Assembly: GCF_004010195.1 (NCBI RefSeq)
Contig: NC_057719.1
Span: 94,968,599 to 95,019,376 of the forward strand
Origin: Chiloscyllium plagiosum
Taxonomy: Eukaryota
Length of the DNA stretch: 50,778 nt
Reading direction: 5' to 3'
Below the pieces are notes generated by a model. It saw only the letters and a list, made by a program, of their open reading frames with translations. It was not told where the DNA came from and did no database searches. Positions 37,971-48,160 of this stretch are shown here, in pieces (the stretch's first letter is position 1; every line of letters starts with the position of its first letter). The position numbers were made by a program, and so were the translations under genes.

Positions 37971-38274
37971 AATCATAGAATCATAGAATCCCTACAGTGT
38001 GGAAACAGGCCCTTCTGCCCAACAAGTCCACACTGACCCTCCGAAGAGTAACCCACCCCGACCCATTTCCCCTACCCTATATTTACCCCTGGCTAATGCA
38101 CCTAACCTACATATCCCTGGGCACTATGGGCAATTCACCTGACCTGCACATCTTTGGACTGTGGGAGGAAACCGGAGCAGGCCGAGGAAACCCACGCAGA
38201 CACGGGGACAGTTGCCCAAGGATGGAATCGAACCCGGATCCCTAGTGCTATGAGGCGGTAGTGCTAAACACTCA
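37971..38274 (-). mobile_element. HE1-like SINE ~90 bp upstream of the pgr exon acceptor
   Basis: Same body and 3' end as 23388-23692, with an (atagaatc)n tail. Confidence 0.85.
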
Positions 38275-38469
38275 AGACAGAGTAAGATTAGATATTAAAC
38301 ATTCAGACCAACCTTAATGGAACTAAAAACCAGGAAAGATGTAAACTTTGCTAGCACCATATTAATTTTCTGCAGATACATTCAGTGCACAAGAGTTTCA
38401 GAGGTGGCTAAGAGGGTTTTTTAAACTTAAATTTGGGTTAACTCATATTCAGATCAGTTTAGATTTTTA

Positions 38470-38910
38470 AAATCAATCTGTTCAGACACCTGAAGCAGGT
38501 GAAACTTGGACTTGGACCTCCTGAAGCAGAGTTAGGACACTACCACAGTGCCACAAGAGCCCTTAAAAGGACTTTGTTATCTGGAAAGTGCTTTAAGATA
38601 TTCACTGATGATGGACATATGATATAAATGCAAATCTGTCTTGCCTGCTAATCAACCTGTTCAGACATGTAATGATACACATCGGGAGAATGTGAGACCT
38701 GAACCAAGGCATTCTGACTAGAGCTAGGGACACTACCACTGCACCATAGGAGCCTTCACCATTTAATGTAAACCCTTTCTAAAGTGGTACTAATGCATTT
38801 AGTGATATTTTAAATCAACCTATTTTGACACACATTCAGGGCAGTAAGGACTTGAGCCTGGATTTCCTGGGTCAGAGGCAGGGACACTCCCAATGTACCA
38901 CAAAAAACCC
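38470..38910 (-). repeat. Three spaced copies of a short (~100 bp) tRNA-derived SINE
   Basis: Units at ~38471-38562, 38650-38755 and 38812-38908; minus-strand consensus TGGTGCAGTGGTAGTGTCCCT..CTCTG..GGTTCAAGT..GTCTGAACAGGTTGATT with A/B-box-like motifs. Confidence 0.7.
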
Positions 38911-40004
38911 CTCCCATTCAATGTGACATGACATTAATGGTATAGGAACCAAAGTCAGTTCTGTAATTACTGACTTTGGGGATTGCAAAGCAGCTGATTA
39001 TCCCATAAGTCACAACCTAGCTTTCATTACGGAGCTGCATGGCATTTTGGTGGATAATCATTAAACTAATGCTAACATAAACCAGCTGATTTGGATTAAA
39101 CAAGCCATTGCCAATGATATAGAGGGTGGTGGTCAATAGGAAGAAAAATACCTTGACAATTTGGTGACGGGGAGAACAAATGTTCAGATATGTCACAGAG
39201 CACATTTGGATTAAAAAAAATAGACAGATGATCTTGAGTATGACTAACAATATCACCTTGCACTCCTGACTGGCTGCTGTAAGTTTGCAGGGAACCTTTG
39301 AAATGCATGAGGAAACTTCTGGGGACTCTTTGTGAAGCCTTGGCCAAAATTCAGTATAATTCTGTAATATCCAAGCTATTAAACACTCATTGGGAGTCAC
39401 TATAAGAAAGAAAGTATTTTGTCATCAGCATCTTCTTGAGGTTCCTCATTGTTCAGCAGGAAGAATATGACGAGACTAGAATGCCTGGTCAAACAGCATC
39501 AGCTCCTATTGGAGATAGAGACAGAAGGGGCTTGGTGGACTCTAACACTGTTGTGTGCACAGAACATGCCATCTTCTGCACCAGGACCTGCTCGAGCTGT
39601 GGCAAGATACTGTGCACCTTCTCACTTAATCCTCAAACCTTGCTGTATGTCAGCTGCTAGTCCCCATACTGTGGTGAAGTGAGTGTGTGCAGCTCACATA
39701 CAGACAATACAATAACAATTACACGAAATCAGCATTGAACTACTAAACCTGTAGCTGTATATTCCAGTCAAATTATGAAATCAATAATTATGCCCAAAAT
39801 TGTTCGCCAAAATCAGGCAAGTCTTATAACACAATACCCATCTTGTATTTATTTTCACCAATTTATCAAAACAATCCCCAGGATCGATCCCAACTAGTTT
39901 GTTGATGCAGCATTGCATTAATATGACATTGAACATGGTAATTGTATGATGGTGGAATCAACAGTCACGTGTTACTGAGATTCTGAGAAGAGAGGAATGG
40001 GAGA

Positions 40005-40664
40005 TCATAGTTTGTGAGAAGATTTGTAGCTCGGGTGCTCGTTGTTGTGGTTCTGTTCACCGAGCTGGGAATTTGTGTTGCAGACGTTTCGTCCCCTGGC
40101 TAGGTGAAGGAATCCCCTGGCTGTTCTCTGTTTGGCTTGTCCTATAATAGTAGTGTTGTCCCAGTCGAACTCATGTTGCTTGTCATCTGCATGCGTGGCT
40201 ACTAAGGATAGCTGGTCGTGTCGTTTCGTGGCTAGTTGGTGTTCATGGATGCAGATCCATAGGACAAACAGGAAGACAGCTAACGATCCACATTCATGAA
40301 CACCAACCAGCCATGAAACGACACGACCAACTATCCTTAGTAGCCACATTCACAGATGACAAGCAACATGAGTTCGACTGGGACAACACTACTATTATAG
40401 GACAAGCCAAACAAATAACAGCCAGGGAATTCCTAGAGGCATGGCACTCATCCACAGATTCAATCAGTAAGCACATCGACCTGGACCCAATATACCGACC
40501 ACTGCAGCGGACAGCTGGAACTGACAACCGGAAGCGGCAGGGACAGGCCACTATAAATGCCGGAGGAAACATCACAGGAGGCTCCCAAGCACTGAGGATG
40601 TCACCTAGACAGGGGACGAAACGTCTGCAACACAAATTCCCAGCTCGGCGAACAGAACCACAAC
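40005..40664. mobile_element. Penelope-like element 3' fragment in inverted two-arm arrangement (GIY-YIG endonuclease C-terminal part + pseudo-LTR)
   Basis: EHQLATKRHDQLSLVATHADDKQHEFDWDNTTIIGQAKQ.TAREFLEAWHS-type peptide on both strands (ORFs 40005-40349 on - and 40313-40696 on +); exact 12-bp TSD aggaatgggaga (39993-40004/40665-40676). Confidence 0.88.
40589..40628 (+). ncRNA. Minimal type I hammerhead ribozyme motif in the PLE pseudo-LTR
   Basis: GCA CTGAGGA T GTCACCT agac AGGGGAC GAA ACGT C, then TGC: stem I GCA/UGC, intact core, palindromic stem III, GUC cleavage triplet (cut after 40625). Confidence 0.75.
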
Positions 40665-41168
40665 AGGAATGGGAGAGCTGTAAGAGAGAGCTATAACACA
40701 AAGATCACTACTGTATATACAGCATGGAAACTCCTGAGAGTCAGACAATAGTCACATTTTAATAAGGTAGAGACTGAGACAGGCTCAGAGTAGGGACATT
40801 GAGAAAGCATCTTCAAGAATGCTATCCTCACATTCATTTCTCAGCACATGCCTTGACCAATCAGAGTCAGCCTGCCTTTTTTTTCACATTTAATAAAACT
40901 TGACAATTACCTGCAGGTCAGCAGTAACTGATACATTCTCCATGGTAAAGTTTCTATCAATCACAGTACACATGCCAATCAATCAGTACTCTCCACTCAT
41001 ACCGTACAAAGGTTGCTTTTGTTTTACTTTGATATTTTGGTGTATTATCCTGATGATATGACAATGTAACTCGGCATTATGGAAAGCTTTGTCAAAACGT
41101 GTATTTTTCAACAATATTTAAAACTTTGTAAACAATTGCTATGGAAAAATCATACAATTAAGAATGAT

Positions 41169-41406
41169 GAAAACCCAAAGATCTCCAGATGCTGTAAATC
41201 AGAAACAGAAACAAAATTGCTGGAAAATCTCAGTAGGTCTGGCAGCAATTTCTGGGGAGAGAAGTCAGAGTTAACATTTTAGATTACGTAATCCTTGTTC
41301 AGGTTACTGAATTCTGAGGACGAGTCAGTGGACCTGAAACATTAACTCTGATTTCTCAGACGTTGCCAGGCCTGCTGAGCTTTTCCAGCAATTTCTATTT
41401 TTGTCT
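41169..41406. mobile_element. Fold-back PLE-derived mini-element, family D
   Basis: Inverted arms; core CTGAGGA CGAGTC agtg GACCT GAAA CATT AAC; TSD caat[t/c]aagaatgat (41155-41168/41407-41420). Confidence 0.78.
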
Positions 41407-41419
41407 CAATCAAGAATGA

Positions 41420-41855
41420 TACCTGGACTTCCTTGGCTTAAGTAACGAGGAGATATTATACAAATTAGGTCCATTTTCTTTAGAATTTGAAGGATTAGGG
41501 GTTGATCTGATCAAAGTCTTCAACACATTAACAGAAAAAGACTGAGTAAATAAAGATAAACTATTCCCACTGATTGGCGATTCTAGAGCTAAGGGCATAG
41601 TCTGAGAATGAGGGTCAGAGTTTTCAGGAGAGATGTACGGAAGCACACAAAGGGTGAGAGAGGTGTATCAAACAGCTGTGGATGCTGGGTCAGTTGTTAA
41701 TTTTAAGTCTGAAATAGATTTTTTTGTTAGAAATGTAATAAGAGATATGTGTCAAAGGCAGGTAGATGGAGTTAGAGCACATCAGCTATGATCTCATTGG
41801 ATGGTGGAACAGAATTGAGGGGTTGAATGGCCTACTCCTGTTCCTATGATCCTAA
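41420..41855 (+). mobile_element. Old CR1-type LINE 3' fragment
   Basis: gttgatctgatcaaagtcttcaa...ctagagctaagggcatag...gaatggcctactcctgttcctatg tail. Confidence 0.7.
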
Positions 41856-42842
41856 ATGGTGGGATATGAAGGTTTGGTCAATGTTTAAATTCCAGTTAAA
41901 CAAATCTATGCCTCAGAAGTGGGAAATTTCTTTACTGGATGACTCGTTTATTATACATTTTCAGCTCATGTGTTGGGAAGTAATATAAGTAGAAATAAAA
42001 ACAGAAAATGGTGAGAATAGTCAACAGGTCAATCAGTGTTGTGGAAAGAGAAAGAAAATTAAAGGAATCTGATTTTCAGTATTGATGCTGATAGCTCAAG
42101 ACAGGAAATTTCCTTATTTAAAGGGCCCTGTTAGACTGGAAACGTGGGGTCATGATAAAATCCTACTTGCCAGAGTTATAAGCATATATGGCCCTCACAA
42201 GTCTTGACTAATACTCATGCACCCACATACCCCATGCTATCTCTATGCCAACTCACCCAGTATCCAATGGGCACACCACAGAAACCATGTGTAGATAAAA
42301 TAATTAAGAATCTAATAGCAAGTCCTCACTTTAAAGTGTGGCGTAATTCCTAAATTGTAACTTTAAATGAAGCAACTTTAAATGAATCATTTGTTTACAT
42401 AGCAACCAATGTTCAAGTCAGAGTTAGGTTCCTTCAAGCACTTTTTCACAAAATAAAAATATAAAGAAGTTTAAGTACTGTGTCTGACATGTACAGCACT
42501 GAGCACTCCTAACTGAAATGACTTGCAAAATAATGTATATCACTAAATATAAAACAAATATAAAATATTCCTGTACAGTATTTTATGAAAGAACACTCAA
42601 TTGTATTTTAGATTGACCAGGTTCCGTCAAGTGGCAGATGTTAGTCAGTGCAGGGAGCCAAAGCATGACTACAGCAATGAACATTTGCTGCAAGATAGAG
42701 CACATCAACACGAGATCAGAACGGCATCCAGAGGAGAGAAGGAACTTCAAAGTTGACTGGAAAGGCTGAAGAGAAGAACTGAGAAAAGGAGGTGAGATTG
42801 AGGCAAGGGCAGATGGAGTGGCTGGGGGTCTGAAGAAATAAG

Positions 42843-43128
42843 AGGGGAGAAAGTGAGGTCTGCAGATGCTAGAGATCAGAGCTGGAGATGTGTTGCTGGA
42901 AAAGCGCAGCAGGTCAGGCAGCATCCAGGGAACAGGAGAATCGACGTTTCGGGCATAAGCCCTTCTTCAGGAATCTTTGTAGAGGGAGGAAGAGAGCTTC
43001 TTCAAGGAAGGCATCCTTGTAAGAGGATTCGCAGTAGGTTGAAATCTTTGAGGAGAAAGTGAGGTCTGCAGATGCTGGAGATCAGAGCTGGAGATGTGTT
43101 GCTGGAAAAGCGCAGCAGGTCAGGCAGC
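42843..43128 (-). mobile_element. Family A PLE mini-element in direct-tandem (pseudo-LTR) arrangement with intact minus-strand hammerhead motif (42939-42975)
   Basis: ggagaaagtgaggtctgcagatgct... repeated at ~42846 and ~43052 (period ~206 bp); exact 15-bp TSD gtctgaagaaataag (42828-42842/43129-43143). Confidence 0.88.
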
Positions 43129-43186
43129 GTCTGAAGAAATAAGCCAGGCAAGTATCAGGAGGGGAGACAAGGCCAGAGATAACCAA

Positions 43187-44582
43187 AGTCATAGAGTCAT
43201 ACAGCACAGAAACAGACTCTTGGATCCAACTCACCTGTGCCGACTGATCTAGTCCCATTTGCCAGAACTTGGTCCATATCCTCTAAACCCTTCCTAGTCA
43301 TATACCTATCCAGATACCCTTTGAATGTTGTAATTGTTCCAGCCTCCACCACGTCTTCTGCCAGCTCATTTCATACATGCACCACCCTCTGCATGAAAAG
43401 GTTACCCCTTAAGTCCTTTTAAAATCTTTCCCCTCTCACCTTAAGCCTATGTCCTCAAGTTTTAAACACCCCAACTCCAGGAAAAAGACCTTGGCTAATC
43501 ATCTAATCCATGCCCCTCATGATTTTATAAACCTCAGTAAGGCCACCCCTCAGGTCCAGGGAAAAGAAAGACCCAGCCTATTCAGCCTCTTCCTGTTCTC
43601 AAACCCTCCAGTCCTGGCAACATCTTTGCAAATCTTTTCTGCACCATATCAAGTTTAACAACATCCTATAGTTGGGTGACCAGAATTGTACGCAGTATTC
43701 CAAAAGTGGCCCAACCAATGTCTTTTACAGCTGCAACATGACATCCTAACTCCTAACTCAATGCTCTGACCAATAAAGGAAAGCATATCAGACACCTTCT
43801 TCACTATCCTAGCTACCTGTGACTCCACTTTCAAGGAAATCTGCACCTGCACTCCAAGGTCTCTTTTTTTTTTCAGCAACACTCCCTAGGTCACTACCGT
43901 TAATTGTATAAGTCCTGTCCTGATTTGCCTTTCCAAAATGCAACACCTCACTTTTATCTAACTTAAACTCCATCTGCCACTCCTCAGCCCATTGACCCAT
44001 CTGATCAAGATCCCACTGAACTCTGAGGTAAAGATCTTCGCTATCCACTGTACCACCAATCATGGTGTCATCTACAAACTTACTACTCATTCCACCTACA
44101 AGTCATAACCAAATCATTTGTATAAATGATGAAAAGCAGTGCACTCAGCATCAATCCTTACAGCAGGCCTCAAGTCTGAAAAACAACCTTTCACCACTGT
44201 CCACTATCTCGTACATTCAAGCCAATTTTGCATCCAATTGGCTAGCTCCCCTTGGATTCTACATGATGTAACCATGTTAATCAGTCTACCATGCAGAACC
44301 TTGGTCAAATGCCTTTTTGAAGTCCATATAGACAATATCTATTGCTCTGCCTTCATCAGTCTGCTTTGTCACTTCCTCAGAAAACTCAGTCAAGTTAGTG
44401 AGACACGATTTCCCATGCACAAAGCCATGCTGACTATCCCCAAACGTCCTTAACTTTCCAAACATATGTAAATCCTGTCCCTCAGAAACCCCTCCAACAA
44501 CTTACACATCATTGACGTCAGGCTCAGTAGCCTATAGTTCCCTGGCTTTTCCTTGCCACATTTCTTAAATAATGGCACTACA
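43187..44582 (-). mobile_element. 5'-truncated CR1/HER1-like LINE (family of 3468-7445)
   Basis: ORF 43809-44090 KFVDDTMIGG...WQMEFKLDKSEVLHFGKAN; agtcatagagtcat tail. Confidence 0.9.
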
Positions 44583-44794
44583 TTTCACCACAGATTAGTT
44601 ATATCCTCCCTTTGCAGGTGCTCAAAAAGGAACTCGATGGATGGATGGAATCAGATACTGAAATGAGCTTTCTGGATTGAATAAGCAGCTTGCCAATGCT
44701 GTAGGAGATTCTTACACAGTGATCATGTTTAACCTGAAAACTGACTTCCACATTCTCCAACTCTCACCCTTACACCACAACTCTGCCCAGCAAT

Positions 44795-45090
44795 TAAGAC
44801 CAAAAGACATAGGAGCAGAATTACACCATTCATCCCATCAAATCTGCTTTGCCATTCAATCATGACTGATGTTTCTCAATCTCATTCTCTTGCCTTCTCC
44901 CCATACTGCTTGATCCCCATAATAATCAAGAGTCTATCGATCTCTGAGCTGAAGATGCTCAATAACCTGGCCTCCACTGCCTTCTGCAGCAATGAGTTCC
45001 TCACATTCAATATCCTCCGGCTAAATAAATTCCTCCGCACCTCAGATCTATAGGGTCATCCCTTCACTTTGAGGGTGTGCCCTCAGAATC
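44795..45090 (-). mobile_element. CR1-type LINE 3' end fragment
   Basis: aagacataggagcagaatta..ccattca tail; similar to 22268-22560. Confidence 0.7.
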
Positions 45091-45235
45091 TTCCCTCAAT
45101 CGTACCTGTTGATTGGCCTTCCTCCACTCTGGCATTTCACTGTCACAGCAAATGAGATATCGTTTCCTTCACAAATAACATGAAATAGAAAGTCTACTTC
45201 ACTCATAATGAAATGTCACCAAAGTATTTTTTTTA

Positions 45236-45480
45236 AGATTCCCTACAGTGTGGAAACAGGCCCTTTGGCCCAACAAGTCCACACCGACCCTCTGAAGAGT
45301 AACTCATCCAGATCCATTTCCTTCTAACTAATGCACCTAACACTAGGGGCAATTTAGCATGGCCAATTCACCTGACTTGCACATCTTTGGATTGTGGGAG
45401 GAAACTGGAGCACCCGGAGGAAACCCGCGCAGACACGGGGAGAATGTGCAAACTCCGCACTGACAGCCACCAAAGGCTGG
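45236..45480 (-). mobile_element. 5'-truncated HE1-like SINE
   Basis: Same body as the copies at 23388 and 37971. Confidence 0.85.
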
Positions 45481-45548
45481 TATCTTCGATCATTCAGTGC
45501 TGATTGTGTTTACAGACAAGTGAGACAACTGATTAATATTTCTGCTTA

Positions 45549-45650
45549 CAGTTCTGATGAAAAGTCACTGGACTCAAAACATTAGATCTGCTTTCTTCCC
45601 ATAGATGCTGCCAAGTCTGCTTAGTTTTGCCAGCAATTTCTATTTTTGTC
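45549..45650 (+). mobile_element. Single-arm family D PLE mini-element (decayed)
   Basis: gttCTGATGAaaagtcactggactcaaaacatta...agatgctgcca...cagcaatttctatttttgt. Confidence 0.65.
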
Positions 45651-46881
45651 AATGTTAATGTTTAAATATACACTAATACCTTAGAATAGACAAATATAAT
45701 CATGGGGCTTTTCTTAAAGATTGAAGGGAAATGTAGCCAATACTGTAGGCTAACAAAGAGAGTAAACTGTAAAAAACTAAATGACCTTCACAGTGTGAAT
45801 CACAGCATCAAGTTGATTAGGGGCTAGGCAGGAAACATAAAGAGGACATGAAGGCAATATCTGCAGAACGTGTATAGCCTGACTTGTTGGTAAGGGTATT
45901 GTAAGGGCTAAAATAATCAATGATAAATAACTGTAAAAACATTGTTATGAAATGTGAGATTAAGACTATAAATTGCCATGCTGACTATGTTTCAGAGAGG
46001 GCCATGATGGATTTTAACCAACGGTCTCTCCCAGCACATGCTTATAAAAAAAATACCTTCAACTGCGTGAACTCAAGCTCAAAGTCGCTGTGAAACCATG
46101 AGCACACAGTATGGAATCACCAGCACTCCTTATTATCTGAACATGTGATAAGGAATCATGGATGTTGGGGCAAGGATGGATGGCTCAGATGGGTGTGAGA
46201 GTTATTGGTGAAGTCTACTTTAACTGTGGTACTTGCTGCATCATCTTCTTTGTGTTGAGTTCTAAAACCTTTGCTGTCTTTGTTTTCAACTTTTCTGTGA
46301 GATTCTAGCAACCGTGACACTCGCTGATTATCCACGTTGCCCTTTCCCTGTGACTTTGTGTGGCTCTGCCTCCCTAACACCTACAATGATTCGTGACTGT
46401 TTAAGCTAAAGCCATCTCTGATTTACTCCCACAACATAGGGCTTGCTTTCCTTCAACAGTAAAACAATGACTTTAACAACAGAAACCTACCGTGGGTACC
46501 TAACTGCCCCAACCAAAGGAAATTGTGAATGTGGTCACAAACTTCTTCTGATTAGCGAAGGAATGTCCAGACCTGAGTTAAATATCAACCATTATTTACA
46601 TAATCTTCCACTTCAAACAATTCACAACCAGATTCCATAATGAAGGCTGCAAAGGAGAGCTTTGTTCACTGTGTCGCTGTTCTCTGTGATACTGTGTTGT
46701 CATGTTGTTCTGAAAGCTAACAACAGCACTGTATATAACAATCACATTGAACTCATTGTAATTGCCAGCACAATATAAACAATTAAACTTTTAAAATTAG
46801 CATGAAAAATCATGCATTAATATCATGGATTCCTTGTCATACTTCCATTTAGAATTCTCATTGGCCCTAATCCTTCTTTCA

Positions 46882-47048
46882 GGAGAAAGTGAGGTCTGCA
46901 GATGCTGGAGATCAGAGCTGAAAATGTGTTGCTGGAAAAGCGCAGCAGGTCAGGCAGCATCCAGGGAACAGGAGAATCGACGTTTCGGGCATAAGCCCGT
47001 CTTCAGGAATGAGGAAAGTATTCCTTGGATGCTGCCTGACCTGCTGCG
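46882..47048. mobile_element. Family A PLE mini-element with short inverted arm and intact minus-strand hammerhead core (~46976-47010)
   Basis: Exact 15-bp TSD ctaatccttctttca (46867-46881/47049-47063). Confidence 0.88.
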
Positions 47049-47949
47049 CTAATCCTTCTTTCACCCCATCTTGATCTTTGCTTATCTGTACAATATCTTC
47101 TCATTTTCCTTGCTTCATTTGTTAATTTTCTTCATAGCATCTCTTTGCTTTTCTAATTTCCTTTGAATTTCATCTCTGCAATTTCCATATTCCTCCATGG
47201 TTCTGCCATATTGAGCCCCTCAAATCTGCTTACGCTTTCCCTTTCTTACCGTTTCCTCCTCAATATCCTTTTTAATATTCAGAGAGATCTGGATTTGGGG
47301 AATCCTACCTTTTTCTTTGTGGGAAGATTTAGAACTTATATTCTGTCCCTCTACTTCACTTCTCTGCACAACCAACCTCTTTGCTTGGCTCAGTTCCCCT
47401 GCTGCTAAAATCTCATGTGTGTCTTTCACCTGCAGGCACAATTATAACAAATCTCCCTTTAGTCAGTCTCCCATTCTCCAGATTCTTAAACCTTCAGCTC
47501 ATACAAAACTCTGGGCTCTTTGGTTTGTTATAAATAAGGTTTTTAAATTATATTTACCAATGTGATAACTCTCAGGAGGCCCATGAAGAATCTCTGATTA
47601 ATCTCGGGTGAAGATTGTTGAGAATGAGATCCCTTGGAATAGACACTGGTCTGCCCTACTGGAACTCATCACCTGAGCCCTTTATAAACCCTACCCATTT
47701 CCCCCTCCAACTCCATTTTAATCTAGTCCCTTCCCTGTCTCCCTACCTCACCACCCTCACTTTTGATGGTTTGCATCGTCCTTAAGGAGCTCTGTATGTA
47801 AATATTGAATTAGCTACATGGCTGTTTTTACTGCTGGTAGTTATTAGTTTGAAAAGAAATACAAAAAATAGTCACTGTGATTTTGGTGGTAGGAAAGTCA
47901 CTCAGTTGTGTGTAACAGCACTTCCAATTAGGGTTAAAAAAAGCAGACT

Positions 47950-48160
47950 CAAGAGGCACAGTGGTAGTGTTTCTACTTCTGGACCAGGAGGCTCAGGTTC
48001 AAGTCATACCTGCTCTAGAAGTGTGTAATAACATCTCTGAATAGAATGGTTTTAAAAAAAACAGACCCGGGAGTCTTTTTTGGTACAATGGTAGTATCTG
48101 TATCTCTGACCCAGGAGACCCATGTGTAATAACATCACTGAGCAGAATGTTTAGAAATAC
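47950..48160 (+). repeat. Two adjacent copies of the same short tRNA-derived SINE as 38470-38910
   Basis: ggcacagtggtagtgtttctacttctggaccaggaggctcaggttcaagtc and tggtacaatggtagtatctgtatctctgacccaggagacc, both followed by tgtgtaataacatc. Confidence 0.65.

Noticed and set aside
42320..42560. Possible Tigger/mariner-type MITE remnant
   Set aside because: No clear pair of TIRs or TA TSD discernible.
45730..46380. Possible additional solo LTR (also ~48290-48900)
   Set aside because: LTR-like composition, but I could not define TG...CA ends with a TSD.
21516..47052. Recurrent short ORFs such as MLPDLLRFSS / CVAGKAQQVRQHP / MCCWKSAAGQAAS
   Set aside because: Translations of the non-coding family A repeat, not a gene family.
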